Shown: positions 9,504 through 20,180, counted from the stretch's first letter. The stretch is 64,000 nt of DNA from Planctomycetota bacterium (GCA_033763795.1 JANRJV010000011.1:83840-147839); one strand, 5' to 3'. Notes: generated by a model not told the origin, from the letters alone. Numbers and translations: made by a program.

Positions 9504-10046
9504 GGACGCCTCGATCGACGGTTGAGTGAAGCGAACGGTCGGGCGAAAGACGGCCGACCGGTCGTGAAGGGCGGAAAGCATACCGCCCCACGCGCCGCTT
9601 GGCGACCCCTCCGGGGCCTCACTTCAGACTCCACGGGGCGCCACATTCCAAACAGAATCCTATCAGACGTCCGCCGGGCTGGCAACATGCGAAGACGTGG
9701 TGCGTTTGGGCCACACGCCGCTGGCTCAATGGCCTTTTGTCGATAGTCTTCATGAGTCGGAGGATGGTCCTCCGAGTTGCCAGCCGCGCGTGCCAAGCTG
9801 CCGTTGCCCCCCTCCGGCGTCCCTCGCATTTTTCGGGCTTCCTCGGGGATGGGTGTTCGGAGACGACGGCTTCGCCCTCGCGTCTGACTTGGATCCGGGC
9901 TCACCCCGCGCCCCCCGGGCGCCGGGAGGGCCGTGGCGTCGGCGCCCGCGCCGGCTCCCCTCGCGGCGGAGCGGAAGGCGGTCTCGCCCGAGCCCGGCTG
10001 AGCCCACTGGCAGAGCGCGGCTGTCGCCGCGCGGCGGAGAGTCCGC

Positions 10047-10874
10047 GTGAGGATCGAAGCTTCGGTTCTGGAAGAGGCGCAGCGGATCCTGGGCTACCGG
10101 TTCCGGGACCTCTCGCTGCTCGAGACCGCGCTGACGCACGCTTCGATCGCCGACTCGCGTGTCGAGTCGAACGAACGGCTGGAGTTCCTGGGCGACTCCG
10201 TGCTGGGCACCATCGTGTGCCACTATCTCTACGAGAACTTCCCCGACCTGCTCGAGGGCGACCTCACGAAGATCAAGTCCGCGGTCGTCTCCCGGCGGAT
10301 GTGCGCGCGGATCGCGACGGAGCTGGGCCTCGACCGCCTGCTGCTGCTGGGCAAGGGGATGATGACGCGTCAGGCGATGCCCGCGTCGCTCTCGGCGGCG
10401 GTGCTGGAAGCCGTGATCGGCGCCGTGTACCACGACTGCGCGCCGCACGCCGACGGGGCCAAGACGGTCGGCGCCTTCCTGCTGCCGCTGCTCGCGCCGC
10501 ACATCGATCAGGCCGCGTCAAGCGGCCACCAGCAGAACTTCAAAAGCGTGCTCCAGCAGTTCGCGCAGAAACACTTCGAGCTGGCGCCCATGTACGTGCT
10601 GCTCGACGAGAAGGGGCCCGATCACGCCAAGTGCTTCGAGGTCTGCGTGGAGATCGGCGCTCGGCGCTTCCCCTCGTGCTGGGCCTCCAGCAAGAAGCAG
10701 TCCGAGCAGCTCGCGGCGCTGCGGGCGCTCGAAGAGCTGGGCCTCATCACGCGCACGGGCGACGGCCAGGCGGTCTACGTGGGCGACGCGGCCGACGCCG
10801 GCGCCGAGGTCCACGCGCAGGGCCATGAGCGGAGCGACGACTCGGGCGAGTATTACTCCCCGCCCGGCCGCTGA
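10047..10874 (+). CDS. rnc: Ribonuclease III
   Basis: LLETALTHAS and ERLEFLGDSVLG form the RNase III signature, with a dsRBD (PMYVLLDEKGPDHAKCFEVCVEIG...AALRALEEL). GTG start preceded by GGAGAG. A tail of ~35 aa follows the dsRBD. Confidence 0.85.
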   Translation: MRIEASVLEEAQRILGYRFRDLSLLETALTHASIADSRVESNERLEFLGDSVLGTIVCHYLYENFPDLLEGDLTKIKSAVVSRRMCARIATELGLDRLLLLGKGMMTRQAMPASLSAAVLEAVIGAVYHDCAPHADGAKTVGAFLLPLLAPHIDQAASSGHQQNFKSVLQQFAQKHFELAPMYVLLDEKGPDHAKCFEVCVEIGARRFPSCWASSKKQSEQLAALRALEELGLITRTGDGQAVYVGDAADAGAEVHAQGHERSDDSGEYYSPPGR

Positions 10875-12709
10875 GCCCCCCCGGCGGGACCCGAGCCCGA
10901 CGAGCCCGCACCCGCGCCCGATTCCGAGTCAGCGGTGTCGTCCGCGCCCGACTCCTCGGGAAGCGGGTCGAGCCCGCGCCAGGCCCGCAGGTCCACGACG
11001 GCCCGCGCCTCGTACGCCGTGCCCGGCATGGCGGGGCGGGGCCACGTCGTCCGCACTCCCCGCTGATCGATGCGCTCGAGGCCGATGCGGAGCATCCCGC
11101 CGCGCGTCAGGGCGTCGGGCAATTCGATCGACCCGCTCCATCGCGGCTCGGACCGCGGCCGCTCCAGCGTCAGCGTGCGCTCGGCGCCCTGCGCGCCCCG
11201 CACATGAACGAGAAGGCGGTCTTTCGCGGCGCGCGGCGCGTCCGCGCTCGCGTCATCGGGCCCGGTCGCGTCATCGTCGGAGTCGGCGTCGCCGCCGCGC
11301 AGCTCGACGTACACGCGCCAGCGCCCGGTCTCGCCCTGTTCCAGCAGCGCGGAGCCCGACCACGCCGGCTCATAGAAGCCCGTCGCGCCGCGCGTGAGCG
11401 CGTTCATCGTCCATTCCGGGACCAGCGGGCCCATTGCCACGCCCGGCGGCGCCGCCGGCACGGGGGCGGGCAGCAGGTCCAGCGGCGCCGACCACGATCC
11501 CAGCACGGCGTTCAGCCGCGCCGATCCGCCGAGCGGCGCCACCTCGCACTCGAGGACGGCGCACGTTCCGGGCGCGAGGGCCGCCTCGGCGCCGCCCCCG
11601 CCCGGCGCGATGATCGCGCCCCGCCGCAGTTCGGTGGTGAGGTTGGCAAGCATCGTGCGAACGCGGCGCCGCGCGCCCGGGGCGTCGACGGGCGGGGCGT
11701 CGTCGATGATCCACGCCGCGGCCTCGGGCTGGAGCAGCAGCCACTGCCGGGCGACCTCGGCCCGCTCGCCCGCGGATCTGCGATGGTCCAGCAGCTCCAG
11801 CAGCAGCGCCGCCGCCTCCGCTTCGCTCGCCCACGCGGGCAGCAGCGTCCCAGACGGCAGCAGCATCACGCACGAGAGGCGCGCGATGACCTGGCGCGCC
11901 AGCTCCGCGTCGGAGTCCGCCAGGGCCTGCAGCGCGGTGCGCCACGCGGCGATGTTCCGCGTGCGCATGGTCTCGAGGGCCGGGTCCGCGAGGGGGGGCC
12001 GGCGCGTAGTGGACCACAGCCGGGCCGGGCCCACGCGCTCGGCGAGCAGCTCGATGCGCCACGCGTGCGCCGGGCTGGCGCGGAGCGAGGCCAGCCGGTC
12101 GCCCAGCCCGCGCCACGCAGACGTCGGCGCCTGGGGCAGCGGGGCACGAACCGCCGGAAACGCTGCCCGCGCCCGCAGCGTCCGCACGTCGATCGTCTCC
12201 GACCCCAGACGCACCGATGAGGGCGGCAGCCGCGGCTCGGGGCGCGCCAAGAGCGCCCAGAAACCCGACTGATCACGGCCCGGGCCCGACGCTTCGGCCT
12301 CGACCTCCTGGGGCGTCCGCGCGCTCCAGAGCAGCTCGGGTCCGAGCCATCCGGGGGGCAGGGCCGGGTCGACTTCGGCGGCGATGTAGACAGGCTGGGC
12401 ATCGATGCGCTGCCCCGCGGCGGATCGCAGCGGGGGAAAGGCCGGGAGCGGCAGCGGCGGCGTGGCCCCCGACCCGGCCGCCAATGGGATCAGCCACGGA
12501 TCGCCGGGCGTGACATCGATCGTCCGGTCGCCCGGCCCAGCGGCGTTGGCGGGCGCGGCGCGGGCGGCGGAGGGTGCGGGCGGTCCGTCCTCGTCATTGC
12601 CCAGGCCGCCGGGCCCGGTGGATGACGAGCACGCCGTCAGCAGGCAGACCAATCCGGCAAGGAGCGCCGCCCTCGCGCCCAAGTCACCCCGGTTCGGGGC
12701 CGATAGCAC
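10853..12709 (-). CDS. Large lipoprotein of unknown function
   Basis: ORF 10853..12838. The GTG at 12709 gives (M)LSAPNRGDLGARAALLAGLVCLLTAC, a lipobox signal. It also removes the overlap with the divergent gene starting at 12753. No recognisable domain. Confidence 0.55.
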   Translation of the reverse strand: MLSAPNRGDLGARAALLAGLVCLLTACSSSTGPGGLGNDEDGPPAPSAARAAPANAAGPGDRTIDVTPGDPWLIPLAAGSGATPPLPLPAFPPLRSAAGQRIDAQPVYIAAEVDPALPPGWLGPELLWSARTPQEVEAEASGPGRDQSGFWALLARPEPRLPPSSVRLGSETIDVRTLRARAAFPAVRAPLPQAPTSAWRGLGDRLASLRASPAHAWRIELLAERVGPARLWSTTRRPPLADPALETMRTRNIAAWRTALQALADSDAELARQVIARLSCVMLLPSGTLLPAWASEAEAAALLLELLDHRRSAGERAEVARQWLLLQPEAAAWIIDDAPPVDAPGARRRVRTMLANLTTELRRGAIIAPGGGGAEAALAPGTCAVLECEVAPLGGSARLNAVLGSWSAPLDLLPAPVPAAPPGVAMGPLVPEWTMNALTRGATGFYEPAWSGSALLEQGETGRWRVYVELRGGDADSDDDATGPDDASADAPRAAKDRLLVHVRGAQGAERTLTLERPRSEPRWSGSIELPDALTRGGMLRIGLERIDQRGVRTTWPRPAMPGTAYEARAVVDLRAWRGLDPLPEESGADDTADSESGAGAGSSGSGPAGGAQRPGGE

Positions 12710-12752
12710 TGGCGGCCGCGACGAGCCCGCGCGGCGATGGGAGCGACGGACG

Positions 12753-13043
12753 ATGGTGAGCACGCTGCCGGACGGAGAGTTGGAGTTCAAGGTGTTCATC
12801 CCGACTGCCAGAACGGTGGAAGTAGTGGGGAGCTTCACGGGCTGGCGCGATCGACCGCTGGCGCTCTCGTCCGACGGATCCGGCTGGTGGACGGGACGAA
12901 CGGCCGTCCCGCCGGGCGATCATGACTTCCAGTATCGCATCGACGGCGAGGGGTGGATGGCGGATTTCGCGGCTCACGGCGTCCGCCTCAATCCGTTCGG
13001 GCAGTGGGTCAGCCGGCTCGCGGTCGCCCGCCGCGCCGCCTGA
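12753..13043 (+). CDS. Small stand-alone glycogen/starch-binding (CBM48/AMPK-beta-like, E-set) domain protein
   Basis: MVSTLPDGELEFKVFIPTARTVEVVGSFTGWRDRPLAL..GWWTGRTAVPPGDHDFQYRIDGEGWMAD has the CBM48 pattern (V.v.G.F..W....l......G.W.......G.h.YkF.vDG.W). Internal ATG of track ORF 12405..13043. Confidence 0.6.
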   Translation: MVSTLPDGELEFKVFIPTARTVEVVGSFTGWRDRPLALSSDGSGWWTGRTAVPPGDHDFQYRIDGEGWMADFAAHGVRLNPFGQWVSRLAVARRAA

Positions 13044-13067
13044 AACATCCGCACGAAGTCCGGCCGA

Positions 13068-13099
13068 GATCCGCGTGCCCATGGTCTGGGTCGCGGATC
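13068..13099. terminator. Possible bidirectional terminator hairpin between convergent genes
   Basis: GATCCGCG-N16-CGCGGATC inverted repeat between the stops at 13043 (+) and 13109 (-). No T-tract. Confidence 0.3.
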
Positions 13100-13108
13100 G
13101 GTCCGTGC

Positions 13109-14179
<1,071 letters not shown>

Positions 14180-14246
14180 AGGGACGCCGCTCGCGGGCGG
14201 ACCGCCGCGCGACCCGTGCGGCGATCGCGGCGCGATCGGAGCTTGC

Positions 14247-15689
14247 TCACATCTTCCGCGCGGGAGGCAGGTCCAGCGCCCGGACCATGAAATCGTGCAC
14301 CTCAGGCTGCGTCAGCCGCGCCGGCAGCCCCTCCGAGCCCGGGCCCAGCGCCAGCAGCTCCACGTCGTCGGCGGTGTGGTTCCCGCTGACGAACGCCACG
14401 CCCAGGTGGTTCGCCAGCGCCGAGCCCAGAGGCCCCGTGCCCTTGGCGCGCGAGACGTAGGGGTCGACGCGCTCGCCGCGCGCCGCCCGGAGCACCATGT
14501 CCAGCTCTTCCCTTTCGAGCGTGACGCCCGTCGCTCGGCCGACGACTTCCCCGAGATTCGCCGCGGTCGGCTCGCCGGCGCCGGCGAGTTCGCGCATGAT
14601 CCACTCGAACGAGTGCCGCACCTCTGCGAGCCGGGCAAAGCCCCGGTTGCCGCGCACGCCGTACTCCGTGAGCCCGGGGTTGGCGTTCCCGTGATCGCTG
14701 GTGACGACGAGCAGCGTGTCGTTCCTGGCGAGCGCAAAATCGGCGGCCACTTCGAGGGCCAGATCGAAGGCGACCTGCTCGCGCATGAGCGCGCCGGCGT
14801 CGTTGTTGTGCGCCGCGTGGTCGATGCGCCCGCCCTCGACCTGCAGGATGAACCCGCCGGGCGCGCCCGACAGTCGCTCCAGGGCGGCGGAGGTCATCTC
14901 CGCCAGCGTGGGCGCCGTCTCGGGCCGGTCCAGCTCGAAGGGCAGGTGCGAATCGCTGAAGAGCCCCAGCAGCCGCCGCCCCCGCGAGGCCTCCGACGTG
15001 GGCGACAGCAGCTCCTGCCGCGTGCGCACGAGCCGGACGTCGGGCCACGCGCCCAGGTCCAGGTCCCTGAAGAAGGACATGCCCCCGCCCAGCGCCACGT
15101 CGACGCCGCGCTCCAGGATCTGCCGGGCGATGGGCCCCTCGTCGTCGCGGTTCGTGGGGATGCTCGCGATGAAGCCCGCGGGGGTCGCGTGCGTGATGCG
15201 CGTGGTGGTGACGAGCCCCGTCGCCTTCCCGGCTTCGCGGGCCCTCAGCAGGATCGGCGCGTAGAGGTCGCCCTCGGGGGTGAGCCCGATCGCGCCGTTG
15301 TTCACCAGCCGCCCGATGCCCCACGCGGTCGATGCCGCCGCCGAGTCCGTCACGATCGAGTCGAACGCGGCGGTGCGCAGCACGGCGCGCCGCACGTCGG
15401 CCTGCTCGTACAGCCGCAGCCAGCGGGTCCCCGTCCCGCTCCGCTGCTGCTGCAGGAGCATGTCGGCGAGCGTGAGCGTGCCCGCGCTCATCCCGTCGGA
15501 GACGCAGAAGATCAGGTTGAGAGGCCCGGCCGCGCGTCCGCCCGGCGCCGCGCCGGCGCGTGTCGTGGTGCTGTCGCCCGCGTGCGCCGCCGCGCCCGCC
15601 GCGAGCGTCGCCGCGGTGGCGCCCAGGAACGTGCGCCGGTCGAGCGCCCAGGGAGCGGGGGATGCACAGCGTGCGTCGGAGCCGTTCAT
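14247..15689 (-). CDS. Alkaline phosphatase (PhoA family), Tat-exported
   Basis: Twin-arginine signal LDRRTFLGATAATLAAGAAAHA. Metal and active-site motifs FCVSDGMS and VTDSAASTAWG, plus DHAAHNND and SDHGN. I prefer the ATG at 15689 over the track start at 15803, which would overlap the upstream gene. Confidence 0.85.
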   Translation of the reverse strand: MNGSDARCASPAPWALDRRTFLGATAATLAAGAAAHAGDSTTTRAGAAPGGRAAGPLNLIFCVSDGMSAGTLTLADMLLQQQRSGTGTRWLRLYEQADVRRAVLRTAAFDSIVTDSAAASTAWGIGRLVNNGAIGLTPEGDLYAPILLRAREAGKATGLVTTTRITHATPAGFIASIPTNRDDEGPIARQILERGVDVALGGGMSFFRDLDLGAWPDVRLVRTRQELLSPTSEASRGRRLLGLFSDSHLPFELDRPETAPTLAEMTSAALERLSGAPGGFILQVEGGRIDHAAHNNDAGALMREQVAFDLALEVAADFALARNDTLLVVTSDHGNANPGLTEYGVRGNRGFARLAEVRHSFEWIMRELAGAGEPTAANLGEVVGRATGVTLEREELDMVLRAARGERVDPYVSRAKGTGPLGSALANHLGVAFVSGNHTADDVELLALGPGSEGLPARLTQPEVHDFMVRALDLPPARKM

Positions 15690-15741
15690 GCGCGGGCGGT
15701 CCTTCAGCGGGGCCGGCCCCGCGGCGTGCGGGGTCCGAGCG

Positions 15742-16683
15742 TCAGAAACGGTACTCCAGCCGCACCCCGATGAAGGGCGCCGGCTCTGTTTCAAAATCTT
15801 CAATCTTCACGCCGCGCTCGTTCAAGAACTCGAACTCCTGGTAAACGATCGCCCCGGCCTCCATCACCAGCGAGAACGCCTGCACGGGCCGCCACGTCAC
15901 CTCGACCCCGACGGGGACGCGGGCGTCGCGCATCACGCCGTTGCGCCACGCGTCCCGGTCGTCGTTCAGCCTGAACTGGCGGTTCTCGTAGGAGATCTTG
16001 AGCCCCGCCTCCCACTGCTCGTTGATGGTCGAGATGACGGCGATGCCCAGCCCCCGCGACTCGAGCCTGAGCGCTTCCGTGAGCTGCATGCGCGTCGCGA
16101 TGTACGGGAAGAACCGGGGCTCGTCCTCCAGCTGCGACGAGACCCCCACGCCGAAGGCGATCCGCGACTTCTCCGTGAACGAATACCCCAGCGCGGCGAA
16201 CCCGCCGCCGAAGATCGCGTCACCCACGTCGACGTCGCTCTCACCCGCGCCGCGCAGGAACCCGCCCGTCGTGAGCGACCAGGGCTCGGAGAACGTCCAC
16301 GTCCCGACCAGCGTCATGCCCGCCGAATAGAGGTCCTCGAAGGGCTCGTCGCCCCCCGGCATGATCGAGCGCCCGTCGCCGAAGTCGTAGTAGGACAGCT
16401 CGCCATCGACGCCGAACGTCAGACGGAACGACTCGCTGAGCGCGCCGCTGACCGTCACGCCCAGCCCCGAGTGGTTGACCAGGACGTCCGCGTCGGTCCC
16501 CTGCACGTCGGCCCGGAAGGCCAGGCGCGAATCCGCGTCGATCGTCACCACGGGCGCGGTCATGTCCGCCGGACGCGCCCCGCGCAGCGGCGCATCGGCC
16601 CCCGTCGACTGCGCCATCGCGGCAGAGGCGGCGCAGAGCGCCAGGGCGGGAACGAGCGGCCTGGATGAGTATCTGGCGATCAA
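15742..16683 (-). CDS. Outer-membrane beta-barrel protein (unknown family)
   Basis: Signal peptide ..SSRPLVPALALCAASAAMAQ. Alternating hydrophobic beta-strand pattern. C-terminal ...GVRLEYRF ends in the aromatic residue typical of OMPs. I prefer the TTG at 16683, which lies 8 nt after a GGAG. A GTG at 16692 is an alternative. Confidence 0.55.
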   Translation of the reverse strand: MIARYSSRPLVPALALCAASAAMAQSTGADAPLRGARPADMTAPVVTIDADSRLAFRADVQGTDADVLVNHSGLGVTVSGALSESFRLTFGVDGELSYYDFGDGRSIMPGGDEPFEDLYSAGMTLVGTWTFSEPWSLTTGGFLRGAGESDVDVGDAIFGGGFAALGYSFTEKSRIAFGVGVSSQLEDEPRFFPYIATRMQLTEALRLESRGLGIAVISTINEQWEAGLKISYENRQFRLNDDRDAWRNGVMRDARVPVGVEVTWRPVQAFSLVMEAGAIVYQEFEFLNERGVKIEDFETEPAPFIGVRLEYRF

Positions 16684-16733
16684 CGTGGACACTCCGTTGG
16701 GAAATTGAACTCGATCGGGCGCACGGTACGGAA

Positions 16734-18761
16734 TTACACGCGCATCCGCCACGCGAACAACAGCCACTCCGCCGTCAGCACGAGCAGAGCTCCCAGCACG
16801 AACCAGGGCCACAGCTCGCGCGGCGCCAGCGCCGACAGTGACTGCGCCGCAAGCGCGCTCGGCCCGAGTTCGATGGACTCCCGCGATTCGATGCGGCTTT
16901 CCCGCTCGTTCAGGAGATTCACCGGCACGACCCGGTCGCCCTCCCGCGCTCCGGACACCTCGTACACCCCCACGCGCGGCAGCGCCCCGACCGAAACCGC
17001 CTCACCCGTCCACGTCGCCGGCACGCGGTGCGTCGACTCAGCAGGGCCCGTGATCCGCAGTTCCTCCGCCCCCGGAGCCGGCTGCACCAGCACCTCCTGA
17101 CCCGTCCGCCACGCCACGCCCCGGCTCTCGGCGCGGCGCAGCGTCAGGTGATCGACCGCGTTGGCGAGAAACACGTGGAAGCTCGCCAGCTTCACCCAGT
17201 TCGACGCCCCCAGGTCGAACCCCACGACCAGCCTGGGCACGCCCCGCCGCTGCGCCAGGGCGATGATCGGCCCGCCGTTGCCCGTCGCCAGCGCTTCAAA
17301 GACCAGCCGCTCGTCAGCGATTTCGACGGGCCCCAGCCGCGCCGCCCCCACGGCGAACACGTCGCTCAGCGCCACATATCTCATCACGGGGTGCGAGCGC
17401 AGCCAGAAAACGATCGGCGTCACCGCCCGCGGATCGTCCGGCGCCAGCGTGCTCACCTCGGGCACGCCCGCGCCGAAGCTCAGCGTGGGCACGGGCGGGG
17501 ACGCCGCCGGGCGCACCCGGTCGAAGACCACCAGGTCATACTCTTGCGCCGCCCCGGCCCGCCGCTCCCACTCGTCCGCCGCGAGCGTGTCCAGAGCGCC
17601 GGGGTTGAGCGCCCGCAGCGCCTCCAGCAGGATCGCGTCCACCTCGTCCCGTGCCGCCGCGGGCCTGACCAGCGCCATCCGCAGCGGCGCGGGAGGCCGC
17701 AGCACCATGGTCGCCCGGTCGTCGGCGCTCAGCGCGTCCTGCCCCGCCAGCTCCAGCTCGACCAGTCCTCCTTCGGTGTTGAGAAACTCGATGTTCACGC
17801 CCGCGTCGCTCGGCCCGGACCATGAAGCCGGCGCAAGTGTGACCGACTCGATCGCCACGATCTCCCCGTCGACCCGGCAGGTGAGCGTGGTCCGCCGCTC
17901 CTGGCCCGACACGCCGACGACCCGCGCAAACAGCCGGACCGACGCGGGCTCCTCCGGATTCCGCTCCGCCGCGAGGGCCACGATCCCCGCGTTGTCCGAC
18001 CCCGCCGAGGCCCCGCTGCCGGCCTCGGGAAGCGGGGGGCCCACACGCACGAACTGCGGCGTGATCGACCTCGAGGCGATGCCCCGCGCCTCGGCCGCGA
18101 GCGCGTCGCCCCCGTCGCTGAACAGCACCGCCGTCACCGCCCGGGGCTGAGGCTCCTGCCGACTCTGCGCCGCGACAGCGCTGAGCAGCTCCAGCGCCGC
18201 GCCCAGGTCGGCGGGCGCGTCCGTGGGCTGCAGCGTCTCGATCGCCCGCGCGGCGAGCCCGCGATCGCGCGTCAGACTCGTCAGAGGCTCCGCGCGGTCG
18301 GCGAAGCTGAGGACCATGACGCTCGTCCGCCCGTCCAGACGATCGAGATACTGCCGGGCTTGCCGCTTGGCCTCGTCGAAGCGGGAGGGACCCGCGTCGG
18401 CGGTCGTGGGCCGAACGTCGCGTGCGCTCATCGAGGCGCTCCGGTCGATCAGCAGGATCACGACGTCCGCGTCCGTAGCGGGACGGTCGACCGACGGTCG
18501 GGACGCCGCCACGCAGAGCAGCGCAAGGGCCAGCAGTTGCAGCAGCAGCTGCCATGAAGGGCGGATCCAGCGAAAGGGAGCGTTGACCTCCAGGTCCGCG
18601 GTCGACGTCAGCCAAAGCAAGGTCGAACTGACGCGCACCGGCCTCCGCCGCAGCTTGAGAAAATAGAGAAGCAGCAGCAGCGGGGCGGCGACGGCTGCGA
18701 GCCACACCCCGCTCAGCGGGGAGAGAAACGTCACCGCTAAACCCAGAAAAGAGAGGATCAT
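16734..18761 (-). CDS. BatA-type N-terminal double-TM domain / von Willebrand factor A protein with C-terminal TM anchor
   Basis: N-terminus MILSFLGLAVTFLSPLSGVWLAAVAAPLLLLLYFLKLRRRP is the aerotolerance-regulator N-terminal motif. MIDAS DxSxS in LLIDRSASMSA. C-terminal TM LWPWFVLGALLVLTAEWLLFAW. Confidence 0.75.
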   Translation of the reverse strand: MILSFLGLAVTFLSPLSGVWLAAVAAPLLLLLYFLKLRRRPVRVSSTLLWLTSTADLEVNAPFRWIRPSWQLLLQLLALALLCVAASRPSVDRPATDADVVILLIDRSASMSARDVRPTTADAGPSRFDEAKRQARQYLDRLDGRTSVMVLSFADRAEPLTSLTRDRGLAARAIETLQPTDAPADLGAALELLSAVAAQSRQEPQPRAVTAVLFSDGGDALAAEARGIASRSITPQFVRVGPPLPEAGSGASAGSDNAGIVALAAERNPEEPASVRLFARVVGVSGQERRTTLTCRVDGEIVAIESVTLAPASWSGPSDAGVNIEFLNTEGGLVELELAGQDALSADDRATMVLRPPAPLRMALVRPAAARDEVDAILLEALRALNPGALDTLAADEWERRAGAAQEYDLVVFDRVRPAASPPVPTLSFGAGVPEVSTLAPDDPRAVTPIVFWLRSHPVMRYVALSDVFAVGAARLGPVEIADERLVFEALATGNGGPIIALAQRRGVPRLVVGFDLGASNWVKLASFHVFLANAVDHLTLRRAESRGVAWRTGQEVLVQPAPGAEELRITGPAESTHRVPATWTGEAVSVGALPRVGVYEVSGAREGDRVVPVNLLNERESRIESRESIELGPSALAAQSLSALAPRELWPWFVLGALLVLTAEWLLFAWRMRV

Positions 18762-19181
18762 GCGCGACGACGCAGTGTACTGGTCACCTCGGCGTGGACC
18801 GAGAAGAATTGCCCTGAGCGGGCGGACCCACTAGGGAACCGGGATATTCGTAGTCCGCCTGACCTCGCATGATTTTGGCCACAATCAGCCTCATTTCTTG
18901 CCCTCCCTACTTGTCGGGTGCTGTTTCTGGTGTAGCTTTGCCTCTGTACCCGAGCGGGAAGCCAGGGAGACTTGGCGATTCGTTCCGGGATAGGAAGGAA
19001 TGCTGAGACACGTCACCTCAGCAAAGTGAAGAAGCGTCGGCCCTCCGCTCGTCGGCTGGCTGACCCTGCAACCTGACCTTCGCAACCGGCGAAGTCGGGG
19101 GCTTGTGTCGCGTTCAACCCGTGGAAAGGGCGAGAGCCCTCGAAGCGGAATCTGAGGGAAGGTTTTTTAGGAGGAAACACG

Positions 19182-20021
19182 ATGATTCGTACTGCAATGA
19201 CGGTTGCGGCGATCGCCGCGATCAGCGGCTCCGCGATGGCCCAGACCATCACCGGCGCCGGTGGCAACGCCACGTTCGCCTACAACGCGGGCGCCACCCC
19301 CACCAGCCCCACCGCGTCGGCTGTCTCGGGCTCGGCCAACCTCGACGCCAACGGCGCCGCCGCCGGCGGTGACAGCCTCTTCGCCACCTGGTGGCACTAC
19401 CGCGTCGACAACGACACCCGCGAGTTCACCTATCACGCCCCCGCGAACCCCTTCGTCGCCGCTGGCGACACCATGACCGCCACCTTCAACCTCCCCTCGG
19501 CCGCTCCGAGCTTCCGCTCCGAGCTCCGCTACCAGATCAGCGATCCGGACGGCGCCGGCACCGCCACCGCCCTGCTCCAGCAGTACAACCGCATCACCAA
19601 CACCTCCAGCACCACCCGCGTGCTGAACGTGTTCAGCTACGCCGACTTCGATCCCAACGGCAGCTTCAGCCACCCCTACTCCTACGACGCCGGCCGTCAG
19701 GCCTTCACCGGCGCCTCCGGCCCCGTGACCTTCTTCTACAAGGGCTTCGGCGCCAACGCCTACCAGGCCAATGACTTCTCCACCCTCCGCGGCCTGCTCG
19801 AGGACGCCGCCGTCACCAACCTCAACAACACGGTCGACGGCCCCGGCCAGAGCGGCACGGGCGACTTCACCGGCGCCTTCCAGTGGACCCTCACCCTGGC
19901 GCCCGGTCAGTCGATCGAGCTCCTCTCCGTCCTCTCGCTCAACACCGAGCCGGTTCCGGCTCCGGGCGCTCTGGCGCTGGTTGGCGTCGCCGGCCTCGCC
20001 GGTCTCCGCCGCCGCCGCTAA
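19182..20021 (+). CDS. PEP-CTERM sorting-domain secreted protein
   Basis: AGGAGG 8 nt before the ATG. Signal peptide MIRTAMTVAAIAAISGSAMAQ. The C-terminus PVPAPGALALVGVAGLAGLRRRR is a PEP-CTERM-type motif followed by a TM helix and an Arg cluster. Confidence 0.8.
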   Translation: MIRTAMTVAAIAAISGSAMAQTITGAGGNATFAYNAGATPTSPTASAVSGSANLDANGAAAGGDSLFATWWHYRVDNDTREFTYHAPANPFVAAGDTMTATFNLPSAAPSFRSELRYQISDPDGAGTATALLQQYNRITNTSSTTRVLNVFSYADFDPNGSFSHPYSYDAGRQAFTGASGPVTFFYKGFGANAYQANDFSTLRGLLEDAAVTNLNNTVDGPGQSGTGDFTGAFQWTLTLAPGQSIELLSVLSLNTEPVPAPGALALVGVAGLAGLRRRR

Positions 20022-20056
20022 TTTCCTGCCTCTGATCTGATCTCCTTCTGAGTGCG

Positions 20057-20092
20057 ACAGCCCCGCTGGTCTTCGGCGGGGCTGTTCTTTTT
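20057..20092 (+). terminator. Rho-independent terminator after the PEP-CTERM gene
   Basis: CAGCCCCGC-tggtcttc-GCGGGGCTG stem followed by TTCTTTTT. Confidence 0.7.
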
Positions 20093-20180
20093 GCCCCCCC
20101 CGCGTACCCCCGGGCCCCCCGCGTCGCCGGCCCCGCATCCGTTCCGCCGCCCCGCCCGCATCCGGCTCCCCCCGGCTCCG

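Noticed and set aside
9845-9870. GGGGATGGGTGTTCGGAGACGACGG resembling a tmRNA 5' end
   Set aside because: No matching 3' acceptor/T-arm (..TCCACCA) lies downstream. A tmRNA of normal length would run into the rnc coding region.
18928-18942. Sigma-54-like motif TGGTGTAGCTTTGCC upstream of the PEP-CTERM gene
   Set aside because: The GG-to-GC spacing is 9 nt rather than the almost invariant 10 nt. It lies ~240 nt from the start codon. I kept it only as a note because PEP-CTERM systems are sometimes sigma-54 controlled.
18984-19006. GGAAGGAA string resembling the SRP (4.5S) RNA helix-8 motif
   Set aside because: The flanking bases cannot form the closing stem of a GGAA tetraloop. The conserved AGCAGCC 3' side is absent, and the opposite strand does not fit either.
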